Shown here: positions 22,838 to 24,000 of the stretch, piece after piece | How positions within the stretch are numbered: the stretch's first letter is position 1 | Layout: each line of letters starts with the position of its first letter | From: Candidatus Calditenuaceae archaeon | Lineage (GTDB): Archaea; Thermoproteota; Nitrososphaeria_A; Caldarchaeales; Calditenuaceae | DNA length: 24,000 bases | Direction of reading: 5' to 3' | NCBI GenBank assembly: GCA_025058055.1 | Contig: JANXEU010000002.1 | Span: 23,851-47,850 of the forward strand | The notes under the pieces: model-generated | The model's database searches: none | What the model was told of the DNA's origin: nothing | What the model saw: the letters and a program-made list of their open reading frames with translations, nothing else | Translations under genes and position numbers: made by a program

Positions 22838-22871
22838 GTATAGTACTATACAATCGTATGTAATTCTATAC
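22838..22871. promoter_or_regulatory. Operator-like palindrome pair upstream of the copper operon
   Basis: A perfect 14-bp palindrome GTATAGTACTATAC lies at 22838-22851. A related imperfect site GTATGTAATTCTATAC lies at 22856-22871. A TATA-like TTAAGGTATTT (minus strand) lies about 26-36 nt upstream of the oxidase ATG at 22797, immediately downstream of the palindrome. Confidence 0.4.
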
Positions 22872-22959
22872 ATCACCAGAAGATGGGTGGAGAAGGGCAT
22901 GTGGAGGTTGAACAGTCCGGGCGTCCTACGCTCAACGCCGTAAAATGTAAAGGATCGGC

Positions 22960-24000
22960 TCACGTGTCGCGCCTGCCGAGGGCAACCGCGTGGAACTCCA
23001 GGCCCTCCGCGACGGGCAGTGCTCCGACCAGCTCGCCGGCCCTCCTGACCACCCGCTCGCTCCCGACGACGACGTTCACCACCCTGACGAAGTCCAAGAC
23101 GGAGAGTGTGCTCCTCGAGGAGGCCCAGCCCCCGGTTGGGAGGACGTGCGATGCTCCTGCGAAATAGTCGACGGCGACGCTCACCATCCCTCTGCCCATC
23201 GTGATCACGCCGGCGTTCACGAGGTCGCTGATGAGGGGCCTTAACCTGTTCGAAGCGATAGATACGTGCTCTGGTGACAAAGCGTTGACGAACTTCATCG
23301 CCGACCTCCAGCTTTCCGAGATCATGACTGGACCGGTTCTCTCGAGGCTCACCCTTACAACACTGTCCTCCGGCAGGCTCACCGTCAGCTCCTGCAGCCT
23401 CTCGACGAGCTCATAGCTCGCCGATCGGTCCGTAGTGACGGCCAACACCAGAGTGTCCGGTGAGTGTTCAGCCTGTGCCATTATGTCCAGCGCAACCGAG
23501 TCGAGATCTGCGGCAGAATCGAAGAGGACGACGAGCTCCGTCGGTCCTGCGGCGAAGTCTATCGTTGTCTCAGTCTGAAGCAGCAGCTTCGCGGCCACCA
23601 CGTACCTGTTACCTGGCCCGACGACCTTCCTTACCGGTTCAACGGATTGGGTGCCGTAGGTAAGGGCCGCGATGGCCTGGGCCCCACCGGACCAGAGGAC
23701 TCTATCGAACCCTGCTACGTAGGCCGCAGCGAGCACCTCTCTCCTTCTCTCCTTGTCGAGTTGAGGGGGAGTGGCAAGCGTCCTGCTTTTGACACCAGCG
23801 ATTGAGGCCGGGACGCCCATCATGACAATCGTGCTGAGGTATACGGCTCTCCCTCCAGGGGCATAGCAGCCCACCGAGTCCAGCGGTCTCACCTCCGACC
23901 TGATCACCGTGCCCTCTGAGTACTTCACGGAGAAGGTTAATCTCCTGAGCCTCTCCCTTTCCAACTTAGCCACGCGCCTCGAGAGGGCCCTCAGGGCCCT
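22960..24000 (-). CDS. hisD: Histidinol dehydrogenase (partial, N-terminus beyond window end)
   Basis: Contains VGCYAPGGRAVYLSTIVMMGVPASIAGV, GGAQAIAALTYG, GPGN.YV..AK, AGPTE, AQAEHSPD and HVLPTGGWA. The reading frame stays open from 23973 to 24000, and roughly 90 N-terminal residues are missing. Confidence 0.9.
   Translation of the reverse strand, partial: RALRALSRRVAKLERERLRRLTFSVKYSEGTVIRSEVRPLDSVGCYAPGGRAVYLSTIVMMGVPASIAGVKSRTLATPPQLDKERRREVLAAAYVAGFDRVLWSGGAQAIAALTYGTQSVEPVRKVVGPGNRYVVAAKLLLQTETTIDFAAGPTELVVLFDSAADLDSVALDIMAQAEHSPDTLVLAVTTDRSASYELVERLQELTVSLPEDSVVRVSLERTGPVMISESWRSAMKFVNALSPEHVSIASNRLRPLISDLVNAGVITMGRGMVSVAVDYFAGASHVLPTGGWASSRSTLSVLDFVRVVNVVVGSERVVRRAGELVGALPVAEGLEFHAVALGRRDT

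Noticed and set aside
1-24000. CRISPR arrays, rRNA genes, IS elements with terminal inverted repeats
   Set aside because: No regularly spaced direct repeats, no rRNA-like conserved stretches and no transposase-like ORFs were seen on reading the window. The only significant long repeat is the 29-bp tRNA-Leu duplication.

Overview
This is a GC-rich archaeal chromosome segment, most consistent with a crenarchaeote (Thermoproteota). A/T-rich TATA-like boxes sit about 25-40 nt upstream of many start codons, tRNA genes lack an encoded CCA, cbf5 is interrupted by a bulge-helix-bulge (BHB) intron, and tRNA-Leu(GAG) carries a non-canonical BHB intron in its variable arm. The housekeeping backbone is: rio2-like (partial), ileS, tRNA-Leu, a HAD phosphatase, an FAD oxidoreductase, tRNA-Arg, an LLM flavin oxidoreductase, aSUI1, a Dpm1-like GT2, PAC2, PPOX, tRNA-Thr, a Tmk-like kinase, cbf5, an MFS transporter, hisB, a large HAD protein and hisD (partial). 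Two regions stand out. (1) 3791-8140 is a roughly 4.35-kb low-GC island bracketed by a perfect 29-bp direct repeat of the tRNA-Leu 3' end. It carries a 544-aa multi-wHTH/nucleotidyltransferase fusion, a frameshifted minimal nucleotidyltransferase, a DUF4256-like gene, small membrane ORFs, two truncated genes and a decayed intron-containing tRNA-Leu(UAA)-like copy. No integrase is visible. (2) 19624-22871 is a tightly coupled four-gene extracytoplasmic copper module: a two-domain multicopper oxidase with type-1 Cu ligand sets in both domains, a membrane-anchored amicyanin-like cupredoxin, a NosL-thioredoxin fusion and CcdA. It lies behind a palindromic operator-like site and between hisD and hisB. 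No CRISPR array or rRNA was seen. All calls rest on reading the sequence and recalling family motifs; no searches were run.
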